From assembly GCA_031549455.1 (NCBI GenBank), contig JAVBPT010000007.1, forward strand, positions 1 to 60,276: a stretch of DNA of 60,276 nt, given 5' to 3'. Positions 37,698 through 47,624 of this stretch are shown here, in pieces (position 1 is the stretch's first letter; every line of letters starts with the position of its first letter). Under the pieces are notes generated by a model, which saw only the letters and a program-made list of their open reading frames with translations, made no database searches and was not told the DNA's origin. The DNA is from Eubacteriales bacterium. Its GTDB lineage: Bacteria > Bacillota > Clostridia > Lachnospirales > JAKSVV01. Both the position numbers and the translations under genes were made by a program.

Positions 37698-37982
37698 ATG
37701 ATAACAGAAAAAGAGATTGAAAAAATAGCAACGCTTTCAAGGTTAAAGCTAACGGAGGAAGAACTTAAAAAATTTCAGAAAGACATCAGCAATATTCTGG
37801 ATTATGCCAACAAGATTAATGAGATTAATACGGATAGTGTGGATGATACCATTCTGGAAAGAAACGATTTGTATACATTAAGAGCGGATGAAGTAAAAGA
37901 GTCGATGGAACGAGACAAGATGTTAAAGAATGCAAAAGAAACCCAGTACGGCTGTTTTTATGTCAGTAAAAGTGTGGATTAG
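37698..37982 (+). CDS. gatC: Asp/Glu-tRNA amidotransferase subunit C
   Basis: IT..EI.KIA.LSRL, LRAD, NA.E..G.F.V; first gene of gatCAB. Confidence 0.9.
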   Translation: MITEKEIEKIATLSRLKLTEEELKKFQKDISNILDYANKINEINTDSVDDTILERNDLYTLRADEVKESMERDKMLKNAKETQYGCFYVSKSVD

Positions 37983-37990
37983 GGGTAAAC

Positions 37991-39454
37991 ATGGAATTAG
38001 ATCAATTGACTGTAAAAGAATTAGTGGAAAGGTTAAAGAATAAAGAGGTGTCGGCGGTAGAACTCACAGAAGGGTACCTAGACCGTATTCATAAATTGGA
38101 TGATGTGCTGGGTGCATTCATTACGGTGAGCGAGGAAGAAGCGCTTCAAGCAGCCAAGGCTTCGGATGAAAAAAGGGCAAGTCAAAAAGAGGTTGGAGCA
38201 TTAGAAGGGGTTCCGGTGGCGATCAAAGATTGCATCTGTACGAACGGCATTCGAACGACCTGTGCCTCACGCATGCTTTCGGACTTTATCCCGCCATATG
38301 ATGCCACAGTGGTGTCAAAGTTAAAGGAGGCGGGGGCCATCCTTCTTGGAAAAACAAATATGGATGAGTTTGCGATGGGCGTTTCCACCGAGAACTCCTC
38401 TTTTAAGAAAACAAAAAATCCTTGGAATATACAAAAGGTACCAGGGGGATCATCCGGAGGCAGCGTGGTAGCGGTTGCGAGCGGAATGAGTCCTTTTAGT
38501 CTTGGATCCGATACGGGTGGATCAATCAGACAACCTGCTTCTTACTGCGGACTGGTGGGTTTAAAGCCAACCTATGGAGCAGTATCAAGATACGGTTTGG
38601 TGGCCTATGCCTCCTCTTTTGACCAGATTGGTCCATGTACCAAAACGGTATATGATAGCGCATTGGTGATGAATACCATTGCGGGAAGAGACGAAAAAGA
38701 CGCCACTTCGAAAGAAAGAAATTGCTTGGATTATACAAAGAACCTGGGTGAAGAGATTAGGGGGATGAAGGTTGCGATTCCGACTGACTTCTTTGGTCAA
38801 GGCGTGGATGCTGAGGTAAAAGAAAAGGTACTTGCGAGCGCAAAAAAATTAGAAAAACTAGGGGCGATTGTTTCTGAAATTTCGATGCCGATCGCTTCTG
38901 ATCTGATTCCGGTTTATTATACGATTACCTGCGCAGAGGCTTCTTCAAACCTTGCGCGGTATGACGGGATACGCTATGGGTATAAGGCAGAAAAATATAA
39001 GGATCTTGAGGAACTCTATAGCATTACACGGGCAGAGGGGTTTGGACGTGAGGTGAAAAGGAGAATCATCCTGGGTACCTATGTGCTGTCTTCCGGGTAC
39101 TATGACGCGTACTACAAGAAAGCACAAAAAGTACGAGCGCTCATTAAAGAAGAGTATAAAAAGGTGTTTGGCATGCACGACATTATTCTGACACCGGTGG
39201 CACCGACGGTTGCATTTGACTTTGGAAAGACCGATACAAACCCACTTGAGGCTTATCTAAATGACATTTGTACCGTACCGGTTAACGTGTCCGGAATTCC
39301 TGCAATGAGTTTGAATTGTGGGTTTAATGAGGAGGGTCTTCCAATCGGTGTACAACTCTGTGGAAACCACTTCATGGAGCAAGACCTCTTAAGGGTGGGT
39401 TATGCACTTGAGGCAGAACTGCATCTTAATAATGTACCGAAGTTGGAGGTGTGA
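37991..39454 (+). CDS. gatA: Asp/Glu-tRNA amidotransferase subunit A
   Basis: KTNMDEFAMG, PGGSSGGS, GSDTGGSIRQPAS, SSNLARYDG, EVKRRIILG. Confidence 0.96.
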   Translation: MELDQLTVKELVERLKNKEVSAVELTEGYLDRIHKLDDVLGAFITVSEEEALQAAKASDEKRASQKEVGALEGVPVAIKDCICTNGIRTTCASRMLSDFIPPYDATVVSKLKEAGAILLGKTNMDEFAMGVSTENSSFKKTKNPWNIQKVPGGSSGGSVVAVASGMSPFSLGSDTGGSIRQPASYCGLVGLKPTYGAVSRYGLVAYASSFDQIGPCTKTVYDSALVMNTIAGRDEKDATSKERNCLDYTKNLGEEIRGMKVAIPTDFFGQGVDAEVKEKVLASAKKLEKLGAIVSEISMPIASDLIPVYYTITCAEASSNLARYDGIRYGYKAEKYKDLEELYSITRAEGFGREVKRRIILGTYVLSSGYYDAYYKKAQKVRALIKEEYKKVFGMHDIILTPVAPTVAFDFGKTDTNPLEAYLNDICTVPVNVSGIPAMSLNCGFNEEGLPIGVQLCGNHFMEQDLLRVGYALEAELHLNNVPKLEV

Positions 39455-39455
39455 G

Positions 39456-40898
39456 ATGGCAAGAAGTGATTATGAAATGGTGGCAGGGCTTGAGATCCAT
39501 GCCGAGCTAAAAACGAAAACAAAGATGTATTGCGCTTGTAAGACAGACTTTGGGGCGGAACCCAATACACAAATCTGCCCAGTCTGTCTTGGCCTTCCTG
39601 GAACACTTCCAGTACTCAATGAGAAAGCGATTGACTTTGCTGTGGCAGCGGGGCTAGCCATGGATTGTTCGATTCGAGAAATTTCAAAACAAGACCGAAA
39701 GAATTATTATTATCCAGATCTTCCGAAGGCCTATCAAATCTCTCAATATGATCTTCCACTTTGTTATGATGGAGTGGTTTTGATCGAAACACCAGAGGGT
39801 GAAAAAAAGATCGGGATCACCAGAATACACATCGAAGAGGATGCGGGCAAGCTTTTAAATGAGGGGATTACAGGAACGCTGATTGATTACAATCGTGGAG
39901 GAGTACCACTGATTGAGATTGTATCCGAGCCTGACTTACGAAGCATTGAAGAGACCAAAATCTATTTTGAAACTGTAAAGACCATTTTAAGATATATTGG
40001 TGTTTCAGATTGTAAGATGGAAGAAGGTTCTTTGCGTTGTGATATCAATGTCTCTGTCCGACGAAAGGGCGATCCCAAGTTGGGGACAAGGTGTGAGCTT
40101 AAAAATATGAATTCCTTCACTCAGGCAGTCCGCGCAATGGAGTATGAGATGAATCGGCAAATTGACCTGATCGAGAGTGGTGAGAAAGTCATTCAAGAAA
40201 CCAGGCGGTTCATTCCGGAAAAAAATAGGACAGAAAGCATGAGAACAAAAGAGGAATCTCAAGATTACAGATACTTTCCGGAACCGGACATTATGCCGAT
40301 TGTGGTGCCACGTGACAAGATAGAGAAGATTCGAAATACCCTTCCGGAGCTGCCAAAAGCAAAAAAAGAAAAATATATAAAAGAGTACCAGCTAACGGAA
40401 TACGATGCAAATTTACTCACAGAGTATATCAAAGTGGCCACCTATTTCGAAAGGGCTATTCAAAAAGTAAAAACACCAAAAACGGTTGCAAACATGATAA
40501 TCTCGGATTTTTATTCTCGTTTTACAAAGGAAGAGGAAAAAGAGACCTTCTGCGTTCCAATCGAGGCAGAGGATTTAGGAGAACTTGTGAGCCTCATTGA
40601 AGCGGGCGAGATTAGTAAAAATATTGCCAAAAATGTGCTAACAAAAATGTGGGATACAGGCAAAAAGGCAAAAGAAGTGATTGCCAATGAGGGCTTAAAG
40701 TCTATGGATTCAGACGATGAGCTCATGCAGGTGGTTACAAAAATATTGGATGAACAGCCTCAATCAGTGGCAGATTATAAAGCGGGACGAGAAAGAGCCA
40801 TCAAAGCGCTGATGGGCGGGATCATGAAAGAGACACGTGGAAGTGCAAATCCTGAAAAGGTAAATAAACTTCTACTGGATGCGCTTAGTAAGAGGTAA
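39456..40898 (+). CDS. gatB: Asp/Glu-tRNA amidotransferase subunit B
   Basis: GLEIHAEL, RKNYYYPDLPK.YQISQ, IEEDAGK, DYRYFPEPD; GGAGG RBS before ATG 39456. Confidence 0.96.
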   Translation: MARSDYEMVAGLEIHAELKTKTKMYCACKTDFGAEPNTQICPVCLGLPGTLPVLNEKAIDFAVAAGLAMDCSIREISKQDRKNYYYPDLPKAYQISQYDLPLCYDGVVLIETPEGEKKIGITRIHIEEDAGKLLNEGITGTLIDYNRGGVPLIEIVSEPDLRSIEETKIYFETVKTILRYIGVSDCKMEEGSLRCDINVSVRRKGDPKLGTRCELKNMNSFTQAVRAMEYEMNRQIDLIESGEKVIQETRRFIPEKNRTESMRTKEESQDYRYFPEPDIMPIVVPRDKIEKIRNTLPELPKAKKEKYIKEYQLTEYDANLLTEYIKVATYFERAIQKVKTPKTVANMIISDFYSRFTKEEEKETFCVPIEAEDLGELVSLIEAGEISKNIAKNVLTKMWDTGKKAKEVIANEGLKSMDSDDELMQVVTKILDEQPQSVADYKAGRERAIKALMGGIMKETRGSANPEKVNKLLLDALSKR

Positions 40899-40900
40899 GT

Positions 40901-43900
40901 ATGAAGTGGTCTCATAAACAAGAATTAGCCATTTCGGCGAAAGATAAAAACATTTTGGTATCGGCCAACGCGGGCTCTGGCAAAACGGCGGTTCTTGCAG
41001 AAAGAGTGCTCCGTATTGTTCTAGAAGAGAAGGTTGGTATCGACCAATTTCTGATTGTGACTTTTACAAGTCTTGCAGCAGATGAGATGAGACAAAGAAT
41101 TCATGAAAAGTTTATGGATATTTTAAAGACAAAGGATGAAGAGTTTATCAAAATGCAGACACTTCTTGTGAATCTTGCAAACATTTCGACTCTTCATTCT
41201 TTTGGCTTGTCACTCATTCGGGACTATTTCTATCTCCTCTCATTAGACCCCACTTTTAAAATCGCGGATGAGATCGAGATGAGGGTGTTAAAGTCGGAAA
41301 TAGTGAATCAACTGTTTGAGCGCTATTATAAAGAAGGGGATAAACAGTTTTTTGATGCGATGAGCACCTTCTCAACAATTCGAAATGATGATGGATTGAA
41401 AAAAGAGATTTTTAAAATCGTGGATTTTGTATCAAGTCTTCCCGATCCGGAGGCATTTCTGAAACAGAATCAAGAAAAAAGAATGGAGACCGTGACAAAT
41501 ACGACGGCCTACGATATGATTCTTCAAGAGACCAAAAAGAGCATTGAAGAGGCGGTCAATGTTTTATGGGAGAATCAGGATCTATCCCTTACATTTGAAG
41601 AGGATAGGACGCTTTTAAAAGAGCTATTGAACCGGATGGAGCAAGGATACAAAGCGGCTTATCCGTATATCCATGCAATGGCGTTTTCAAGGATCAAATA
41701 TCCGAAAGAGAGTACGGAGGAGAATAAGGAAAAAGCCAAGAAGATACGGGAGGTTTACTGCAAAGGGATCGTTTCAGAGATAAAGCAAAAATACTTTGCG
41801 AAAGAGGAGGAGGCGATTTTAAAAGAGGAAGAGACTGTTTCCCGCAGCAGGTCCTTTCTGGTTTCACTGGTTTTGCAGTTTATGAAAGCGTTTAGTGAGG
41901 AAAAGAGGAGGCGAAATGTATTGGAGTTTAATGACATTGAGCACTTTACACTCGAGCTACTTTTAAACCCACAAATTCAAAGCGCTATGCGTCAAAAATT
42001 TAGATATGTGATTGTGGATGAATATCAAGACATCAGTCCGCTGCAGGAGGAAATCTTAAAGCGTGTGAGCATATATGAAGGCAGAATCCCAAACCTATTT
42101 ATGGTGGGGGATATCAAACAGAGCATTTATAAGTTCAGAAAAGCGGAACCGGAAATCTTTGCGCAAAAGTATAACCATTTCAAGACAGAAGGAGAAGGAG
42201 AAAACCAGCGAATTGATCTGAATCAAAATTATAGGAGTAGACAGGAAGTTTTAAGTAGCATAAATTGTATATTTAAAAGAATTATGATAAAAGAGATTGG
42301 GGAGATTGCGTATGATGAGAATATGGAACTGACCTATGGCGATCTCTATGATTTGAATTCCTCATGTGATTATCAAACAGAAATGATGCTCATTCCCTCT
42401 CCCGAGAACCCGAATGAGGCGGAGGAGCCTGTAAAAAATATTGAACTAGAAGCAGAGTCGGTCTCCTTTAAAATCAAAGAGCTGGTTGATCAAGGGTTTA
42501 GAATATACGACATGAAGGCGGGTGGTTACCGAACGGTTTCTTATAAGGACTTTGCCATTTTATTCAGATCCATGAAAAACGTTGGCAATGTTTTTTATGA
42601 GACACTGGTTCGAAATAACATCCCGGTGGTGATGAACGAGAGTACTCTCTTTATACAGACCCAGGAGGTGCAGACCATCTTGTGCATTTTAAAGGCGTTA
42701 GACAATCCATATGATGAGATCTCGATGCTCACCATCCTTTATTCACCCATTTTTAAATTCACACCGGATGAACTCACATTGATTCGGACTGACCGAATTC
42801 ATGGTTTTTTCGAGAGTCTACATAAGCATAGAAAGGATGAGCGGTTGCAAGCAAAGATCCAAAGATTTTTTGTCCTTTATGAGAAGTGGAGCACAGTCGT
42901 GCAAGAAGAGTCTATTAGTAGCCTGGTGCAGCTGATTTATGAGGACACGGAATATAGAAATCAGATGATGAATTATAAAAATAGTGATGAACGGGTGAAC
43001 AACCTAAATTATTTGTTGGAAGTAATTTATGATTTTGAAAAAGGTAGAAACGCGGGGTTGTATGATTTTATCCGTTATGTTAAAAGTATTGAGGGGGAAG
43101 AAGCTGATATTAAGCTTGTAAAAGAGGTGGACTACGGGGACAGCGTAAAGATCATGAGTGTACACAAAAGCAAGGGTCTTGAGTTTCCAATTGTTTTTTT
43201 ACCAGCTCTTTCAAGAAAATTTAATGTGAGCGATACAAGAGAAGGTGTGCTCATTGACAAAGAATTGGGAATTGAAATCGGACATGTTGATCTTGACACA
43301 TCCACTTCTGGCAAAACACTTTTTCTCAATGCGGCGCAGCAAAAAACAAGGATGGAGGCTTTGGCTGAAGAGATCCGGATTTTATATGTTGCAATGACTA
43401 GAGCTAGAGAAAAATTATTTTTAGTATCGGCGGTGGATGATTTAGAGAAAAAATTTGAGAGCTGGTCAGACCATAAAAGAGAGGGAAGAATAAATTATAA
43501 CTATTTGAAAAATGCATACAGTTTCCTGGAGTTAATGGGACCTGTTTTAGTAGAAGAGAGAACCGAACAAAAAAACATTCGAATTACGGAATGGCTAGAA
43601 CAAAAGATGGCGCCGTGGGAAGAACAGAAAACATGGTTTGATGTTTCAGAGTTCTTTCATCTATCAGAGGAGACAGAGGATTTTGTGTACCCATATCAGG
43701 CGCTTAGCCGGATCAAACAAAAAATGTCGGTTACCGAATTAAAACAAAAGCAAAATCAAGAGTTACATATAGAAAGGTCATTCCAAAAATATGTAAGAGC
43801 CGGAGGGCAGGAGGATCTTCTTCAGGGAGCGAAGCTCGGAACAGTTGTTCACAATGTTCTGAAGATGATTGATGCCGAGAACTTAGCGGTGCTTAAGGAA

Positions 43901-44317
43901 AAACTAGATGGGTTGCTGCAAGAGGGAAAGCTCACCAAGCTTGAGAGGGAGAGTATAGACTCAAATCAGCTGATGCTCTATTTTAACTCACCTCTTGCAA
44001 GGCGAATTAGGGAGGCGAAAGAGGTGAGGCGTGAGATGCCTTTCATGATGAAGAAGGATGTAAGGGCGATTTATCCAGAGGTTTCATCAAAGGATGACTT
44101 TGTGATTATACAGGGGATCATGGATTGTTTGTTTTTTGAGGAAGACGGATGTGTGATCTTAGATTATAAAACGGACAAGGGAAATCCCAGAGAGCTTGCA
44201 AAAGAATACAAAGCACAGTTGGATCTTTATGAGGAAGCGATTCAAAATATTTTTGGCTGGAGAGTGAAACAGAAAATTCTATATTTTGTACGTACTGGAG
44301 AGGAGATCGAGGTGTAG
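40901..44317 (+). CDS. addA: ATP-dependent helicase/nuclease subunit A
   Basis: AGSGKTAVL.ER, VDEYQD, VGDIKQSIY.FR, NYRS, HKSKGLEF, YVAMTRA; C-terminal G.MD...DYKTD nuclease. Confidence 0.93.
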   Translation: MKWSHKQELAISAKDKNILVSANAGSGKTAVLAERVLRIVLEEKVGIDQFLIVTFTSLAADEMRQRIHEKFMDILKTKDEEFIKMQTLLVNLANISTLHSFGLSLIRDYFYLLSLDPTFKIADEIEMRVLKSEIVNQLFERYYKEGDKQFFDAMSTFSTIRNDDGLKKEIFKIVDFVSSLPDPEAFLKQNQEKRMETVTNTTAYDMILQETKKSIEEAVNVLWENQDLSLTFEEDRTLLKELLNRMEQGYKAAYPYIHAMAFSRIKYPKESTEENKEKAKKIREVYCKGIVSEIKQKYFAKEEEAILKEEETVSRSRSFLVSLVLQFMKAFSEEKRRRNVLEFNDIEHFTLELLLNPQIQSAMRQKFRYVIVDEYQDISPLQEEILKRVSIYEGRIPNLFMVGDIKQSIYKFRKAEPEIFAQKYNHFKTEGEGENQRIDLNQNYRSRQEVLSSINCIFKRIMIKEIGEIAYDENMELTYGDLYDLNSSCDYQTEMMLIPSPENPNEAEEPVKNIELEAESVSFKIKELVDQGFRIYDMKAGGYRTVSYKDFAILFRSMKNVGNVFYETLVRNNIPVVMNESTLFIQTQEVQTILCILKALDNPYDEISMLTILYSPIFKFTPDELTLIRTDRIHGFFESLHKHRKDERLQAKIQRFFVLYEKWSTVVQEESISSLVQLIYEDTEYRNQMMNYKNSDERVNNLNYLLEVIYDFEKGRNAGLYDFIRYVKSIEGEEADIKLVKEVDYGDSVKIMSVHKSKGLEFPIVFLPALSRKFNVSDTREGVLIDKELGIEIGHVDLDTSTSGKTLFLNAAQQKTRMEALAEEIRILYVAMTRAREKLFLVSAVDDLEKKFESWSDHKREGRINYNYLKNAYSFLELMGPVLVEERTEQKNIRITEWLEQKMAPWEEQKTWFDVSEFFHLSEETEDFVYPYQALSRIKQKMSVTELKQKQNQELHIERSFQKYVRAGGQEDLLQGAKLGTVVHNVLKMIDAENLAVLKEKLDGLLQEGKLTKLERESIDSNQLMLYFNSPLARRIREAKEVRREMPFMMKKDVRAIYPEVSSKDDFVIIQGIMDCLFFEEDGCVILDYKTDKGNPRELAKEYKAQLDLYEEAIQNIFGWRVKQKILYFVRTGEEIEV

Positions 44318-44365
44318 AAATCATTTAAGTTGATTAAAATTGAAATAGGAAAGGGGGCCTTAAAG

Positions 44366-46195
44366 ATGATTAGACATACTGCTCCATACAATGTTTCGCA
44401 GATATTTTCAAATGAGAAAAGTATCTTATATAAGATACCAAAGTATCAAAGGGAGTATACCTGGGGAACAAAAGAGTGGAATTTATTGTTCGATGATATC
44501 GTGGAAAACGGAAACGGGTATTTTTTGGGATCGATCATTTGTGTTGATTCAAGCAACAATGCAATGGGAGATACTATTTTAGAAGTAATTGATGGACAAC
44601 AGAGAGTGACATCCTTATCACTTTTATTGTTGGCATTATACGAAAAAATAAGCAAGTTTAAGGAGAGTTTTAATGAGGAGGAGGTTACCAATCTCGTGAA
44701 TATTAAAAGGGAATTGGTGACGCAAAAGGACGACTTTCATAGGCCGAGGCTTGTCCCCCAAATCCAAAACAACAACATGGATGACTATTTGAGTTTGCTG
44801 ACAGAGAAGGGACTTCTAAAAGACTATGAAAAGAAACCAAATGCCGGCAATAGGAGAATATATCGTGCATATTATCACTTTTCAAATTTGATTGAAAAAG
44901 AGGTGGTGGAAGAGTTAAAGGAAGATGATAGTTTAACAGAAGTAAAAATCCTATTTGATCTGGTGAACAAATTTAATTCGGCGGTCATTGTGACAATAGA
45001 GGTGGAGACGCATAAAGATGCGTACATGCTTTTTGAGTCGCTGAATAATAGAGGAGTTCCCTTATCTGCAATTGACTTGCTGAAGAATTTGCTGATTAGC
45101 ATATCGGACAATCAAGGGAAGGCAGAAGAATGTTATTCGAGATGGAAAAAGATACTTAGATATTTGGGAGATGACTACGCTGTGCAAGAACGTTTTTTTA
45201 GACAGTATTATAACGCATACCGTGAACATCTAAATAAGCCTTTCCCCAATGAGGGGAAAACAAAATACTATCTTGGATATTTGGCGACGAAAACGACGCT
45301 TCTGGATATCTATGAAAAGATAATTAAATTGAACTATGAAGAGTTTTTAGATAATGTAGAAATAGAGGCCAGGAATTATTCTATTCTTATCAATAATGCC
45401 AGCGAGGAAGATGCAATTTGTGACCTGGAAAGACCATTGTTAAACCTTGAGAAAATTCAGGGATCACCATCCTATCTGCTTCTACTATATTTATTAACGA
45501 ACAGGGATGACTTGGGAATGGACAACCAAATATTGATAGAGGTAATCAATTACCTGACCAAATTTTTTGTTCGAAGGAATATAACAGACTTTCCGAACAC
45601 AAGGAATCTAAATAAAATATTTATGGACATCGTGGCGGGCATATCTACAAAGAAGGGGAAAGAAGCATTGGCATTCATCAAATCAGAACTCAAAGAAAAT
45701 GCATCTGGTGATCCGATATTTGAAGAAAAGTTGCGGGGCCCATTGTACTATGCAAATGTTGATAGCACACGATTTTTGCTTTGCTATTACGAAGAAAAAT
45801 GCAAGACAAATGAGATTTATACGGATCTTTGGGAAAAGGATAAAAATAGTAAGTATATATGGACAATTGAACATATTTTTCCGGAAGGAGAAAACATTCC
45901 AAACAGCTGGGTTGATATGATTGCGGATGGGGATAAGGATCTAGCCTATGAATATTTGAACAATTATGTTCATACACTAGGAAATCTTACGATTACTGGA
46001 TACAATCAAAACCTTAGCAATTTAGCCTTTAGAGAGAAAAAGGACAGGACAAACAAAGAAGGAAATTATATAGGATATAAAAACGGACTCAAACTGAATG
46101 AGGATGTTGTGAATCAAGAAAGTTGGAAGATAGAGAATATAAAATCGAGAACGGATAAACTGGTCAAAGATTTTATAGAAGACTTCAAACTATAA
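44366..46195 (+). CDS. GmrSD-family type IV modification-dependent restriction endonuclease (DUF262 + DUF1524)
   Basis: IPKYQREYTW, DGQQR and FESLNNRG (DUF262); IEHIFP...LGNLT...N HNH-like (DUF1524). Confidence 0.85.
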   Translation: MIRHTAPYNVSQIFSNEKSILYKIPKYQREYTWGTKEWNLLFDDIVENGNGYFLGSIICVDSSNNAMGDTILEVIDGQQRVTSLSLLLLALYEKISKFKESFNEEEVTNLVNIKRELVTQKDDFHRPRLVPQIQNNNMDDYLSLLTEKGLLKDYEKKPNAGNRRIYRAYYHFSNLIEKEVVEELKEDDSLTEVKILFDLVNKFNSAVIVTIEVETHKDAYMLFESLNNRGVPLSAIDLLKNLLISISDNQGKAEECYSRWKKILRYLGDDYAVQERFFRQYYNAYREHLNKPFPNEGKTKYYLGYLATKTTLLDIYEKIIKLNYEEFLDNVEIEARNYSILINNASEEDAICDLERPLLNLEKIQGSPSYLLLLYLLTNRDDLGMDNQILIEVINYLTKFFVRRNITDFPNTRNLNKIFMDIVAGISTKKGKEALAFIKSELKENASGDPIFEEKLRGPLYYANVDSTRFLLCYYEEKCKTNEIYTDLWEKDKNSKYIWTIEHIFPEGENIPNSWVDMIADGDKDLAYEYLNNYVHTLGNLTITGYNQNLSNLAFREKKDRTNKEGNYIGYKNGLKLNEDVVNQESWKIENIKSRTDKLVKDFIEDFKL

Positions 46196-46249
46196 AACAA
46201 GGAACGCGCAAAAAGTAATGAGGACTTTCATATAAGAGGAGGGGATTTA

Positions 46250-46795
46250 ATGGAAGAGCTTATAGATGTTTTGGATGAAAATGGGATAAAAACAGGGGAA
46301 ATACTACCAAGAAAAGAAGTGCATAAAAGAGGTCTCTGGCATAGGATTATTGTTGTTGCGATTATAAACGAAAAAAATCAAATTTTAATGCAACAACGCT
46401 CAGAGAAAAAAGACAAAAATCCCAATATGTGGGACATTTCTGTTACGGGGCATTTATCTACTGGCCAAGATTCATTAACAGCAGCAGCCAGAGAGATTAG
46501 CGAAGAGGTAACGGTGAGTCTCGGTTATAATGTTGAAGTAAAAGATTTTAGATTTATGTTTTCATACAGGAAAGAAGAACAGGTGAGTGGAGAACACTAT
46601 GATAGGCAATATTATGATTTTTTTATTTTAAGGCAAAATGGACTTGTTACAGATAATCTAAAGTTTCAGCTTAGTGAAGTTAAAGCAATAAAATTTGTTA
46701 GTATAACAGAACTAAACGAGATGAGAGAAAACGATCAAGTTGTTAAAAGAGACGAATGTTATAATGAATTAGCAAATTACTTATTTAGATTATAG
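46250..46795 (+). CDS. NUDIX hydrolase (IPP-isomerase-like subfamily)
   Basis: H..GLWHR, QQRS..K...P..WD..V.GH, AAAREISEE Nudix box; GAGGAGG RBS. Confidence 0.85.
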   Translation: MEELIDVLDENGIKTGEILPRKEVHKRGLWHRIIVVAIINEKNQILMQQRSEKKDKNPNMWDISVTGHLSTGQDSLTAAAREISEEVTVSLGYNVEVKDFRFMFSYRKEEQVSGEHYDRQYYDFFILRQNGLVTDNLKFQLSEVKAIKFVSITELNEMRENDQVVKRDECYNELANYLFRL

Positions 46796-46915
46796 GTAAC
46801 GCCGGGTGAAAATAAAGGGTGATAGGGTTTAAGGTCTATCGGACGAATTGTAATAAGTGGCGAGGTATCTTTTAAAAATTATTGGAACCTATAAAAAAGA
46901 GGAGGAAGCATACTA

Positions 46916-47023
46916 ATGAAAGATAAAACAGATATCGCAATCGAAGCCTATGACAATATAGTGGATGAATATATTGAATACTTTAAATCAAAAGATTTGA
47001 AAGGTAATGTTCAGTTTCAATAA
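46916..47023 (+). pseudogene. 35-codon gene remnant, possibly the N-terminus of a class I SAM methyltransferase
   Basis: AGAGGAGG RBS then MKDKTDIAIEAYDNIVDEYIEYFKSKDLKGNVQFQ*. The 'YD.i..eY' pattern resembles methyltransferase N-termini; no continuation seen. Confidence 0.45.
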
Positions 47024-47257
47024 GAGAAATTATAAAATTTTAAATTTTTATGACAATCCAATATTTAATTCTGAAAAGGCAGGGGTTTTAAGCACAGAAA
47101 ATCAGTTTTCAATAATAGTAGAGAAGGGGTAAAGGGGCGCCTAACATCATTTTAAGCAGAAGGTTCTTTACCTTACAGTTTTAGAATTTGAATTTATTAT
47201 GGACATATGTTTTAAATTTACGAACAAGTACACAAAATAAATGAGCGTTCTGGACGG

Positions 47258-47287
47258 GTATGAAATCCCCAAGTTTATCTCATACTA
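47258..47287 (+). promoter_or_regulatory. Sigma-G consensus promoter
   Basis: GTATG (47258-47262), 18-nt spacer, CATACTA (47281-47287), matching GNATR-N18-CATNNTA. Confidence 0.65.
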
Positions 47288-47310
47288 TTCCTAAAGAAGG
47301 GGGGATGGAT

Positions 47311-47532
47311 ATGAGCCCGGCACAAGAAGAGTTTCAAAGTTTTATTCTGGCACGTGTTGCTACAGGAAAAGAAAACGAGGCTAAGAGTTTACTCGATGAA
47401 AGCTTTAAAAAGAAGGAACAAAATGCATTTGATCTAACCTATATGAAAAATTTTGCTCCAAAGATGGCAGCCCTGTTAAAACCAGAATATGTGGATGAAG
47501 TAACCACCATTATGAATCAGTACAATACCTAA
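47311..47532 (+). CDS. Small hypothetical protein (~73 aa)
   Basis: AAGGGGGG RBS; MSPAQEEFQSFILARV...; has its own promoter and terminator. Confidence 0.7.
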   Translation: MSPAQEEFQSFILARVATGKENEAKSLLDESFKKKEQNAFDLTYMKNFAPKMAALLKPEYVDEVTTIMNQYNT

Positions 47533-47566
47533 CAAAATAAGACCACTTTTAGTGGTTTTATTGTTT
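47531..47566. terminator. Terminator-like hairpin
   Basis: AACAAAATAAGACCACT-TTT-AGTGGTTTTATTGTTT. Confidence 0.6.
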
Positions 47567-47624
47567 GTAAATTTTTTTATATATGCTAGGATAGAATTAT
47601 ACCAAAGATGAAAAGGAGTTTTAA

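Noticed and set aside
46796-47250. Integron attC sites around the accessory islet
   Set aside because: GCCTAAC near 47139 has no matching GTTRRRY partner or paired L boxes, and there is no integron integrase.
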